Shown in pieces: positions 17,480-25,381 of a stretch of 52,099 bases of DNA (within the stretch, counting starts at the first letter, position 1; every line of letters begins with the position of its first letter). The stretch comes from a virus (lineage: Duplodnaviria; Caudoviricetes): positions 1 to 52,099 of the IMG/VR virus record IMGVR_UViG_3300048858_000105; one strand, given 5' to 3'. The translations under genes and the position numbers were made by a program. A model generated the notes under the pieces. That model did not search any database. It was not told where the DNA came from and was given only the letters and a program-made list of their open reading frames with translations.

Positions 17480-17893
17480 ATGAGACGTGTCGTCGCGGTC
17501 GCGATCCCGCTGGTGCTGCTTGCTCTCGCCGGCTGCGCGAGCGGGGCCACAGGCGCGACGCCCACCCCCACGCCGACGCCGACGCCGGAGTCGAAGAACG
17601 TCGTGGCCTGCGCCGACTTCGCGAACGTCACGATGACGTTCGGCGACGCGTTCCAGGACTCGTCCACGAAGGACGACTGGGAGTCGATCCGCGTCGAGAT
17701 GGACCGTGTTGCGCTTCGTTCCGAGGGCGACGTGAAGGAGCGGCTGACCACCCTGGTAGACGAGTGGCCCGGCATGGCCGACATCCTCTTCCGTGACCAG
17801 ATGGAGCCGTTCAACGAGCTGGTGCACGCCGTCGGTCGCGCGTGCGAGGCGGAGGGCCAGAGCGTCGAGTACAACTACCTCGTGAACGGCTAG
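17480..17893 (+). CDS. Lipoprotein moron
   Basis: Signal peptide with lipobox LAGC, a (TP)n linker and two further Cys; opposite strand to the tail operon; TATGGT 6 nt upstream. Confidence 0.85.
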   Translation: MRRVVAVAIPLVLLALAGCASGATGATPTPTPTPTPESKNVVACADFANVTMTFGDAFQDSSTKDDWESIRVEMDRVALRSEGDVKERLTTLVDEWPGMADILFRDQMEPFNELVHAVGRACEAEGQSVEYNYLVNG

Positions 17894-18309
17894 TGATCCA
17901 CGCGCACCGCTGTGAAGATGCGCGCGCGTGACGGGTCTTCCTTGAAGTCCTTCTCCCGCTGCTCGATCGCGTCGAGCGCGAAGTCACGGACCACGCGCGC
18001 CTCGTAGTGGAACTTCGCAGCCGGGTTGAACGGGTCAGCGTCCGGCGACGTCGTCTCCTCGAGCGGGAGCCCGATCGCGTTGAGGGACGCCTCGTACTCG
18101 GCGAGCGCCGCGAGTAGCGCGTACTGCTCGGCGTCGTACTCGGCCTCACGCGTCACTCGGATGACGCGGCGCCCCTCCCCGTCGACTTCTTCGACGTGGA
18201 CTTCTGTCGGCTCCCAGCCCCAGAGACGGCGCGGCGCGATCCCGAGGTCTCGCGCGATGCGGAGATCCCGAACGAGTCGCGGGTCGTCTCGGAGGCGGTC
18301 ACGAAAGGG
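17890..18309 (-). CDS. Tail assembly chaperone, frameshift extension (gpT-like part)
   Basis: Open -1 frame entered at CCCTTTC; lies between the gpG-like gene and the tape measure gene. Confidence 0.75.
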   Translation of the reverse strand, partial: PFRDRLRDDPRLVRDLRIARDLGIAPRRLWGWEPTEVHVEEVDGEGRRVIRVTREAEYDAEQYALLAALAEYEASLNAIGLPLEETTSPDADPFNPAAKFHYEARVVRDFALDAIEQREKDFKEDPSRARIFTAVRVDH

Positions 18310-18806
18310 GTCACATCGACCGACCCCACGGTGCGGTTGACGTGGATGACGGCCTGCGCGATCCGGTCGTGCTCGCCGTCGGAGATCTTCTTGTCGATCG
18401 TCGCCCACTGCTCGGCGGTGATCTCGTGCTCGACGCCCTGCTTGTCGACGTACACGGCGCTGTTCATGGCGGCGTGCATGAAGAACTTCGTGGGGTTGAA
18501 CGCGCCCGCGTCCACGCCCTTGCGGGGCGGGCAAGCGAGGAGCCAGGCGTTGTACGTGTGGCGGTCGACGCCGGTGATGCGCAGCGTGATCGAGGCGGCC
18601 TTGATGCGCTCCTCGATCTCCTCGACGCGCTTGGTCGCTGCGGCGACGCCGGGCATCGCCATGCGCGCGTCCTGCACGCCGTTGCGCGCTCCGGGGATCG
18701 CGGCCATCGCCTGGTCCCGCTCGTCGAGCAGGTTCTTCTTCAGGCAGATCGGCACGTCCTGGTAGGGCGCCTCGTACTCGTCGAGCAGGGAAGTCAGATC
18801 AGACAC
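18153..18806 (-). CDS. Tail assembly chaperone (gpG-like)
   Basis: Follows the major tail gene; RBS AAGGAG; low-complexity Ser-rich tail after the slippery site. Confidence 0.8.
   Translation of the reverse strand: MSDLTSLLDEYEAPYQDVPICLKKNLLDERDQAMAAIPGARNGVQDARMAMPGVAAATKRVEEIEERIKAASITLRITGVDRHTYNAWLLACPPRKGVDAGAFNPTKFFMHAAMNSAVYVDKQGVEHEITAEQWATIDKKISDGEHDRIAQAVIHVNRTVGSVDVTPFVTASETTRDSFGISASRETSGSRRAVSGAGSRQKSTSKKSTGRGAASSE
18303..18309 (-). promoter_or_regulatory. Programmed -1 frameshift heptamer C CCT TTC
   Basis: X XXY YYZ in the correct phase (V-T-P-F, then R-D-R-L in the -1 frame). Confidence 0.75.
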
Positions 18807-18847
18807 GGGTGTACTCCTTCACGGGTGGTCACGGGAGAGAGGGAAGG

Positions 18848-18883
18848 CCGGGCCGTCCAGCCCCGTGTAACTGGACGGCCCGG
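18848..18883 (-). terminator. 13-bp hairpin after the major tail gene
   Basis: CCGGGCCGTCCAG / CTGGACGGCCCGG followed by a pyrimidine run. Confidence 0.55.
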
Positions 18884-18889
18884 GGTCTG

Positions 18890-19402
18890 TCAGGCGCCAG
18901 CGACGAGCTGTCGCAGCTGCGTCCAGGCGCCGGCGACGGCGACCTGCTGGCTGATGCGGTCGATCGCGTTGTCCTCGACCGCGACGACGTCCTGCTCGCC
19001 GAGCTGGATGGGCGTCGCCTGGTACCAGTCGCCGACGGCGAACTCCTCGGCGTCCTCCTCGACCTGGAAGAACTCGACGAGGATCCCGGAGAGGCCCTCC
19101 TGCAGCGCGAGACGCGCCTCGTCCTCGGTCGGCTCGTTGAGGTTGAACGAGTACTGCAGCGCCATGTCCTTGGACTTGCTGCCGAAGCGCTGGAAGTCCT
19201 GGGCGGTGCAGTACCGGGAGTCGGTGATCTTGTTCTGCGTCAGCGACTTCGTCAGACCGGTGCGGGTGATGTAGCAGGAGACGTTGTCTCCAGCGGTCGC
19301 CTCCGCGACGGTGATGGCGTCGATGTCCGCGACCGTGCCCGGGATGAACACGACGCGGCGCGTGCCCATGCTGGGAACGCCGGCGGGGATGGTCAGGGTC
19401 AT
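18890..19402 (-). CDS. Major tail (tube) protein
   Basis: 170 aa; NVSCYIT...ITDSRYC motif typical of actinophage tail tubes; gene order. Confidence 0.85.
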   Translation of the reverse strand: MTLTIPAGVPSMGTRRVVFIPGTVADIDAITVAEATAGDNVSCYITRTGLTKSLTQNKITDSRYCTAQDFQRFGSKSKDMALQYSFNLNEPTEDEARLALQEGLSGILVEFFQVEEDAEEFAVGDWYQATPIQLGEQDVVAVEDNAIDRISQQVAVAGAWTQLRQLVAGA

Positions 19403-19405
19403 GTC

Positions 19406-19621
19406 TTACTCCTCGGTGTCCACGGGGCTGGCGGGTGATGCGGGCCGGCGGGCACTGCCGCCGCCCTTGCTGACGTGCGCCTTGGGGCGCCGCTGGCGAG
19501 TCGTCGGCGGGTACCGGCGCTCGTCGACCTTCTTGTGCTTCTCGGGGTCGTACTGCTGCTCGGGCACGTCGTACTCGTGCCCGGTGCTCTTGTTCTTGAC
19601 GCGGACGAAGCGAACGGCCAT
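19406..19621 (-). CDS. Small basic protein (71 aa)
   Basis: MAVRFVRVKNKSTGHEYDV; coupled to the tail terminator stop. Confidence 0.7.
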   Translation of the reverse strand: MAVRFVRVKNKSTGHEYDVPEQQYDPEKHKKVDERRYPPTTRQRRPKAHVSKGGGSARRPASPASPVDTEE

Positions 19622-20046
19622 CAGGCCTCCCTTGCTGGGATCGAGTGGAGGGTGAGGCGACGCACGGCGATGAACCGCGGCGACGTCGGGATGCTGGTGT
19701 CCTTCTGGACGGGCTGGGTGCCTGCGGGCGCGAGCTTGAAGCAGCGCCGCCCGGGGACCGTGAGGATGCGATCGTTCAGCAGGGCGTACACGCGGCCGTC
19801 GGTCCATGTCGCCTGCCAGCGCGTGCGTCCGACAGAGTGGAGCGTGAAGGTCACGTCGACGTCCTGGTGCTCGCCGAGCATCGTGCGCGACTCCGAATAG
19901 CCGGTGTCGTGGTGCACGTTCACGTACAGGTCGGGGTCGCCCTGCACGTCCCCGTCGAACACGAACGGCGCGATCGGCTGGTCCGTCTTGAGGACGTCGA
20001 TCAGCGCGGCGACGTGCCGCTCGATCAGGTCGGTCGGCGTGGTCAT
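19621..20046 (-). CDS. Tail terminator / completion protein
   Basis: Size, VFDG motif and gene order. Confidence 0.7.
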   Translation of the reverse strand: MTTPTDLIERHVAALIDVLKTDQPIAPFVFDGDVQGDPDLYVNVHHDTGYSESRTMLGEHQDVDVTFTLHSVGRTRWQATWTDGRVYALLNDRILTVPGRRCFKLAPAGTQPVQKDTSIPTSPRFIAVRRLTLHSIPAREA

Positions 20047-20459
20047 AGGCCTGCCGCCCTCAGCGCGTCCTCGACGGCGCGGTCGATGCCGCGCTCGAAG
20101 TCGGCCTCGTTGGTCTGCAGCGCGGCGTGACCGAGGCCCATCGGCGAGTTGTTCACCGAGCCGTACTCGATGAGGTTGCCGAGCGCTCCCTGCGCGCGGG
20201 ACTTGTCCGGTCCGATCTCCGCTTCGAGCTGCGACCCGGAGCCACTGTTGCCGCTCCCGTGCACGTCGTAAGTGATCGAGTACGGGAACGCCGGCGCGTG
20301 CGCCATGCCGACGGCGTTCTCGCGCCAGGTGTCGCGCACGTGGCGCGCCGTGACCTCGATCGCCTGTCGGAGATTGCGCCCTGAACGTGGGGGGACCTCA
20401 CCCAGCTGGCTGGCGAGCTTGCTCAGATCGGAGGCGTCCACCTCGATGCCGTCGGCCAT
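20043..20459 (-). CDS. Neck protein, HK97 gp10-like
   Basis: SITYD...AEIGP...LIEYGSVNN motif. Confidence 0.75.
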   Translation of the reverse strand: MADGIEVDASDLSKLASQLGEVPPRSGRNLRQAIEVTARHVRDTWRENAVGMAHAPAFPYSITYDVHGSGNSGSGSQLEAEIGPDKSRAQGALGNLIEYGSVNNSPMGLGHAALQTNEADFERGIDRAVEDALRAAGL

Positions 20460-20474
20460 GGGCGCCTCCGTTCG

Positions 20475-20897
20475 TCAGGTGTGGCTCAGCACCTCCACGG
20501 GGAGGCGTCGCGCGGTGGCGAGGGACTTGAAGTGGCGGCCGGCGATCTGGAAGCGCACGCCGACGTTCCCGGGGTTGTCCGGATCGGTCAGCACTACGCC
20601 GACGTCGTCGAACCGCACGGTGGCGGCGGCATCTGCGTGCTCGCCGGTCATCGGGAGCTTCACCAGCGGGCCCTGCATGGACTGCCGCTGCCCGGCGACG
20701 TCGTCACCGCGCGGTGCCGTGTCGCTGATCTGCATCTCTGCCGGCCCCTCGTACACGTCCGCGAAGGAGGGATCGAGCTGCCCGGTTGCGGGGTTCGGCG
20801 TGGGTTCGCCCTCGCGGCGGATCTGCACCGTCGCCCGCATCCGGGTCAGCGCGAGCTCCTGGCCGCGCTGCAGGATGTCCGGCGTGAACCCGTTCAC
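20475..20897 (-). CDS. Head-tail stopper (DUF6093-like)
   Basis: M.ATVQIRR...VYEGP...ATARRLPV; GTGA coupling. Confidence 0.75.
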   Translation of the reverse strand: MNGFTPDILQRGQELALTRMRATVQIRREGEPTPNPATGQLDPSFADVYEGPAEMQISDTAPRGDDVAGQRQSMQGPLVKLPMTGEHADAAATVRFDDVGVVLTDPDNPGNVGVRFQIAGRHFKSLATARRLPVEVLSHT

Positions 20898-21325
20898 GAC
20901 TGCCCCAACCGGATCGAGAACGCGCCACGGCGTCGGCGCGTGCGCGGGACGAGCTTGTCGATCTCGGCCTCGGTCAGATAGACGAGGCCGGCCGACACGG
21001 AGGAGTCGCGCCGACGGCTGAGCGTGCGGTCGTAGTCGTCGACCGCTTCCCGCTCCTCCTCCTGCAGCCACCCGTCCGGGTTGATCAGGTACCGGCGCAC
21101 CGCGTCCACAACCGTGGACCGGAACCGGCGTTCCCAGTCCGCCACTGCCTCGGCATCCGCGAGCGGCGGCACTCCGGGCGTCTCGTAGACGCCGCGGAGG
21201 CGGAGCTCGTCACGAAGCTCCGCCTCCACGTCACCGATCCGGGTGGACGCGACCGCCTCCTCCTCACCGGTGAGCGCACGCCACCGATCCGAGATGTCCT
21301 TGCTTGTGACAGTCGGCCACCCCAT
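20894..21325 (-). CDS. Head-tail adaptor
   Basis: DI..RWRALT.EE...V.R.L.NPDG...DDY...G.VYLT.AE pattern. Confidence 0.8.
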   Translation of the reverse strand: MGWPTVTSKDISDRWRALTGEEEAVASTRIGDVEAELRDELRLRGVYETPGVPPLADAEAVADWERRFRSTVVDAVRRYLINPDGWLQEEEREAVDDYDRTLSRRRDSSVSAGLVYLTEAEIDKLVPRTRRRRGAFSIRLGQS

Positions 21326-21328
21326 CGG

Positions 21329-21769
21329 TTACTCCGTCGGGATCTGGGCGCCCTCGAGCGCCTCGATGATGTCCTCGCGAGTGGCCTCGTCGGGGATCTC
21401 GATGTTCACGCCCTTCGCGGTCGCGGCCTTCACCGCGTATGCGCGCCAGGCGTCCTTGCCGGAGCCGGCCCCGCCCTTCGGCGGGATGGTCAGCGCCTCG
21501 GCCGGCGACCCGCTCGGGTCGCTGCCCTGCACGCTGCCGTCAGCGCCGCTTCCGTCGCCGGAGGCACCGCCGGTACCCTCGGCGGTTCCCGTCGCGCCAG
21601 CGGGCGGCACCGCGCCGGAGCCGTGCTGTTCCGGCTCGCTCTCGGCCGCGAGGAGGTGCGCGCCGACCGTGGCGCCCTTCGGCACCTTGTCGCCGGCTTT
21701 GAGGATGCGGTCCTGGGTGCCGACGCGGACGATGGTGATGCCCTCGAAGTCGTCACGGATCTTCGCCAT
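21329..21769 (-). CDS. Head-associated hypothetical protein
   Basis: Directly after the capsid gene; Gly-rich linker and PPKGGAGSGKDAWRAYA...TREDII tail. Confidence 0.75.
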   Translation of the reverse strand: MAKIRDDFEGITIVRVGTQDRILKAGDKVPKGATVGAHLLAAESEPEQHGSGAVPPAGATGTAEGTGGASGDGSGADGSVQGSDPSGSPAEALTIPPKGGAGSGKDAWRAYAVKAATAKGVNIEIPDEATREDIIEALEGAQIPTE

Positions 21770-21784
21770 GATGAGTCCCTTCTG

Positions 21785-21815
21785 AAAGGGCGGGGCGCCC
21801 GTAGGCGCCCCGCCC
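21785..21815 (-). terminator. Intrinsic terminator after the major capsid gene
   Basis: 12-bp stem GGGCGGGGCGCC, TACG loop, then TTT. Confidence 0.7.
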
Positions 21816-21821
21816 GTTCGA

Positions 21822-22844
21822 TCAGAGAACCTTCGCCGCGAGGCTCAGGTCCGCGTTGGCGAGCACCGGCATGGCGATCGCGTCGGAGACGACCTCCGCG
21901 ATCAGCGGGGGCTTCTCACCGCGGTACACGCCCGCGACGATGCCCGGCTGCTCGGCCGGCTCGATGCCGAAGCGCTCGTCGGTCGACGTCAGGGTCTGAC
22001 CCCAGAACGTCGCGCCGAGCTCCGTGCCCGCCCAGTCGTCGGTGTCGACCGGCGCAGGCAGCAGGAACAGCTTCGAGTCGTCCAGCACCTTGCCCGAGGA
22101 CGTGCGGCGGTCGTACCGGATGATGTCCGGCAGGCCCGCGCCCGTCACGATGCCACGCACGTCCGCGTCGGTGGCCGGACGCGAGGCGCCGTTGATCAGC
22201 TGCACGCGGAACTGGTCGCCGCCTGCGAGCGCGCGGAACACGCGGTTCGTGACGACGATCGCGCCGGGCTCGACGCCGTTCGTCTCCCGGTAGACGTCCG
22301 TGATCTGCTCCAGGAACGCCAGGCGGTCCGCGTCCGGGTCCGTCCACAGCGTGGAGGCCGTGACGTTGTGCGAGTCCGAGCGGCCGAAGCTGTCGGCCGC
22401 GCCGAGCTCGGGGATCGTCGCGATACCCGTGTTCAGCACGACACCGCGCAGCTTCTCGATGCGGTCGGCCACCGCGCGGACCACGCGGTCCGTGGTGCGC
22501 AGGATCGCGTTGCGCACGAGGTCGTCGCTGTCGCCGCCGCCGTTGCGAGTGCGCAGCTGCTCGTACTCCGACACCGGGATGTTCTGTCCCAGAGCGGGGA
22601 GCTCGAGGATGGTGCGCTTCGCGGGCTCACCCTTGCCGACCTCGGGCTCGGCGTCGAAGGCGCGGAACCGCGCCTCCTCGACCAGACCCTTGCGGCCAGA
22701 GATGAACCGCACGACGGTGTCCACGACCTCGCGGTTCGGCAGGAACCGGGCGAGCGTGCCCTTCTCCGCCTCGTACTCCTCGAGCGAGCGGCGCGCGTAC
22801 CCCGTGAGGTCGGCGGGCTCGATCAGATCGGTCCAGAGAGCCAT
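21822..22844 (-). CDS. Major capsid protein (lambda gpE-like family)
   Basis: 340 aa; A.FRAFDAE, ELPALG and C-terminal A.A.PVL motifs; gene order. Confidence 0.9.
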   Translation of the reverse strand: MALWTDLIEPADLTGYARRSLEEYEAEKGTLARFLPNREVVDTVVRFISGRKGLVEEARFRAFDAEPEVGKGEPAKRTILELPALGQNIPVSEYEQLRTRNGGGDSDDLVRNAILRTTDRVVRAVADRIEKLRGVVLNTGIATIPELGAADSFGRSDSHNVTASTLWTDPDADRLAFLEQITDVYRETNGVEPGAIVVTNRVFRALAGGDQFRVQLINGASRPATDADVRGIVTGAGLPDIIRYDRRTSSGKVLDDSKLFLLPAPVDTDDWAGTELGATFWGQTLTSTDERFGIEPAEQPGIVAGVYRGEKPPLIAEVVSDAIAMPVLANADLSLAAKVL

Positions 22845-23221
22845 CAGCCCTCACCTCCCACGAACGTGAAGCCGGCGGTCACCGCGGCGTCGGCGGAGTC
22901 GACGTGAGCGATCGGCAGCTTCGAGATGTTGATGATGCCGTGGCGGAGGATCGGCGCGCCGAAGTCCTCGTTCCCGTTCACCTTCTGATCGGTCAGGAGG
23001 TAGCCGAGCTTCTCGCCCGCGGCACCCGTGTAGGGCTTGATCGCGGACTCGTCGGCGGCGTTCACCTCCGTGCCGGAGCGGAGATATCCGTCCGGGTAGT
23101 GCGTGGTGCTGGTGAATGCGCTGATGTCGATGACGGCGGTCCGAGCGTTACGGATGCCGTGCGTCGATCCCAGCCACGTCTGATCACCGGCACCGAAGGT
23201 CTCCGTGCGGAGCTTGGGCAT
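22844..23221 (-). CDS. Head decoration protein
   Basis: D..WLGS.HG...HYPDGYLRSGT...HG motif; between the scaffold and capsid genes. Confidence 0.8.
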   Translation of the reverse strand: MPKLRTETFGAGDQTWLGSTHGIRNARTAVIDISAFTSTTHYPDGYLRSGTEVNAADESAIKPYTGAAGEKLGYLLTDQKVNGNEDFGAPILRHGIINISKLPIAHVDSADAAVTAGFTFVGGEG

Positions 23222-23223
23222 GG

Positions 23224-23883
23224 TCAGTCCTTTCCAGGCTTCTTCTTGTGGATCTCGTCGTAGAGGTCACGACCCGACTGGACGGAACCGCCCGATGCGT
23301 TCGCGTCGCGCTCGCCCTGGCCGCGGAGTCGACGCGAGGGCTTGGCGCCCTCCGTCGAGTTCTCCTTCACCCAGGTGGCGAGCTTCGCGTCGTCGACGGT
23401 CTTGCCGTCTTCCTTCACGAACTGCGAGCGGTCCAGGGAGAACAGCTTCGACGCCGAGAACACGCGGCCCTCGAGCGCCTTGTCGAGACGGTCGCTGACG
23501 CGCTCGATCGCGAGCTCCTTGTCCTTGGCCGCCAGAGCATTCGCGATGCGCTGGTCGACGTCGTCTTCGGAGATCGTCGGCTTGTCGTCGTCGTCCGCCT
23601 TCGGCTTCTTGCTGTCGCCCTCGGGCTTCTTCTCCGTGAGCTTGCGTCGCTCGTCCTCGCGGGCGTTGCGCTCAGCGCGCGCCACCCGCTCAGCGATGAT
23701 GCGGTTCAGCTCCTCCTGCGATGCAGGGGGCTTGAACTCGGAGCCGCCGTTGCCGCGGTCTCCGCCCTCGCCGCCCTCGCCGCCGCCACCTTCGCCTTCC
23801 ACCGGCGCGAAGTAGCGCAGGAAGGGGCGGTGGTAGGAAGGGGCGAACCCCGCCCCGAGCTGTCCGAAAGCGTTGCGCTTCAT
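23224..23883 (-). CDS. Capsid scaffolding protein
   Basis: Highly charged and helical; SQEELNRIIAERVAR; gene order. Confidence 0.85.
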   Translation of the reverse strand: MKRNAFGQLGAGFAPSYHRPFLRYFAPVEGEGGGGEGGEGGDRGNGGSEFKPPASQEELNRIIAERVARAERNAREDERRKLTEKKPEGDSKKPKADDDDKPTISEDDVDQRIANALAAKDKELAIERVSDRLDKALEGRVFSASKLFSLDRSQFVKEDGKTVDDAKLATWVKENSTEGAKPSRRLRGQGERDANASGGSVQSGRDLYDEIHKKKPGKD

Positions 23884-23897
23884 GTCGTGTGACCTTT

Positions 23898-23942
23898 CCG
23901 TTTACGGCCCGTCGGCCATCACCGTTTAGGGCCCGTCGGCCA
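23898..23942 (-). repeat. Tandem 21-bp direct repeat in the scaffold leader
   Basis: TGGCCGACGGGCCCTAAACGG and TGGCCGACGGGCCGTAAACGG (20/21 identical). Confidence 0.9.
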
Positions 23943-23998
23943 ACCGCGAACACGCTCGCGTAGCGCCCCGCCGGATGACGGGAAGACATGGGTGGACG

Positions 23999-25381
23999 TC
24001 AGCGCCGCCGACGCCGCGGGGCTGCAGCGGCGCGCGCGACGTTCTCGGCTTCGAGGCGCCTGAACACGAGCGACGCCGTGTCGTCGCTCAGGCCGAGCGC
24101 CTCGTAGAGGCGGAAGAGTGCCGGCTGCTTGCGCGGGTCGATCTTCGCGATCTCGCGCGCGAGCGTGGCTTCGAGTTGTCCGATTCGGTCTGTCGACGCG
24201 GGAACGCCGCGCGCGCCCGACGAAGCATCCGCGCTGTTCAGCCCGGCGCTGCGCGGCAAGAACCCCGTGCGGCGCGCGTAGTCCAACCGGTACGCCGCGT
24301 CGAACAGGCGCCGCTCGGAGGCCGTCATCGTCGCCCTGTTCAGCGGATCGCGCACTCCGGATGCGACGGCATCGAAGCGCGCCGCGCGGCCCGTGACCAC
24401 TCGCTGATTGCCGACCAGGGCAGTACCGCGTCCGCGTCCGGTAGCGAGCACCTGGGCATCCGTGCGCACGCCGGGGGAGAACCTCACCGCCACCTGGCCC
24501 CGCTCGCGAACGTACCCCTCGGAGCGCATCAGGGTGATCGCCTTGGCGCGGTCCCCGCCAGCTCGGGCGTAGATGTCGTCCATCGTGAGTCGGGCAGGCG
24601 TGCCGTAGCGACGAGCGGATCGTGCCGTCGCCAGGCCCCGGTTCGAGACGTTCACGACGCGGTAGATGTCGCCTCCATCGCGAATCGCTCGAGCTTCGGT
24701 GACGCCGAAGATTCGATCCTGCTCAGCGGCGTGCAGACCCCGGAAGTACGCGTACGGATCGGTGCGCATGTCGCCGGCGACGTCCTCGCTGGCGGGGATG
24801 TGCTGGCAGTCGCACCTGGGATGCCGGAGGAAGCCCTCGTTCCAGCGGAACCACTTGCCGGCGAGGACCGCGCAGCGACTGCAGCTCGGCGGGTTCAGCA
24901 TTCGGACGTACCCGGTGATCGTCGGTCGCTGAGCGATGTCGGCGGCGTACACCTCGCGGCGCGTGTCCGCGAGGACCGTCAGAGTGGTCATCGTCAGCCA
25001 TCGGCCGCCTACGGCCAGCGCCTCCGCGGGCACCTGGCCGTTCTTGACCGCGGTCTTCGCACGGATCACCGACTCGTCGTACAGCGACTCGATGTCGCGG
25101 CCGTCCGGTGCAGTGCCCAGGAACGCGTCGGCGGCGAGGACGCCGACGGGGCGGTCCGCCTGGCCCGTCTCGCCGAGCACCCGCGCGGTGTAGGGCAGCG
25201 CGTTGACGACAGCCGCACGACGGCCAGCCCCCACGACTTCGAGCAGCTGGGGCCGGACACGAGCCCACGACTCCTCGAAGTCGTCGCCCATCCGGCCCCA
25301 CAGCCGCCTGACTGCCGCCGCGGTCGTCGCACTGATCGCCTGCTGCGCGCGGTACTGCTCAGACGCCGCCTGCGGAAGCAT
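23999..25381 (-). CDS. MuF-like minor capsid / head morphogenesis protein
   Basis: YVRML..PSCSRCAVLAG...RHPRCDC..IP motif; follows the portal gene. Confidence 0.85.
   Translation of the reverse strand: MLPQAASEQYRAQQAISATTAAAVRRLWGRMGDDFEESWARVRPQLLEVVGAGRRAAVVNALPYTARVLGETGQADRPVGVLAADAFLGTAPDGRDIESLYDESVIRAKTAVKNGQVPAEALAVGGRWLTMTTLTVLADTRREVYAADIAQRPTITGYVRMLNPPSCSRCAVLAGKWFRWNEGFLRHPRCDCQHIPASEDVAGDMRTDPYAYFRGLHAAEQDRIFGVTEARAIRDGGDIYRVVNVSNRGLATARSARRYGTPARLTMDDIYARAGGDRAKAITLMRSEGYVRERGQVAVRFSPGVRTDAQVLATGRGRGTALVGNQRVVTGRAARFDAVASGVRDPLNRATMTASERRLFDAAYRLDYARRTGFLPRSAGLNSADASSGARGVPASTDRIGQLEATLAREIAKIDPRKQPALFRLYEALGLSDDTASLVFRRLEAENVARAAAAPRRRRR

Noticed and set aside
23999-24450. 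Polymorphic toxin domain on the MuF-like protein C-terminus
   Set aside because: An extension is present, but I recognise no nuclease or ADP-ribosyltransferase motif and no immunity gene follows.
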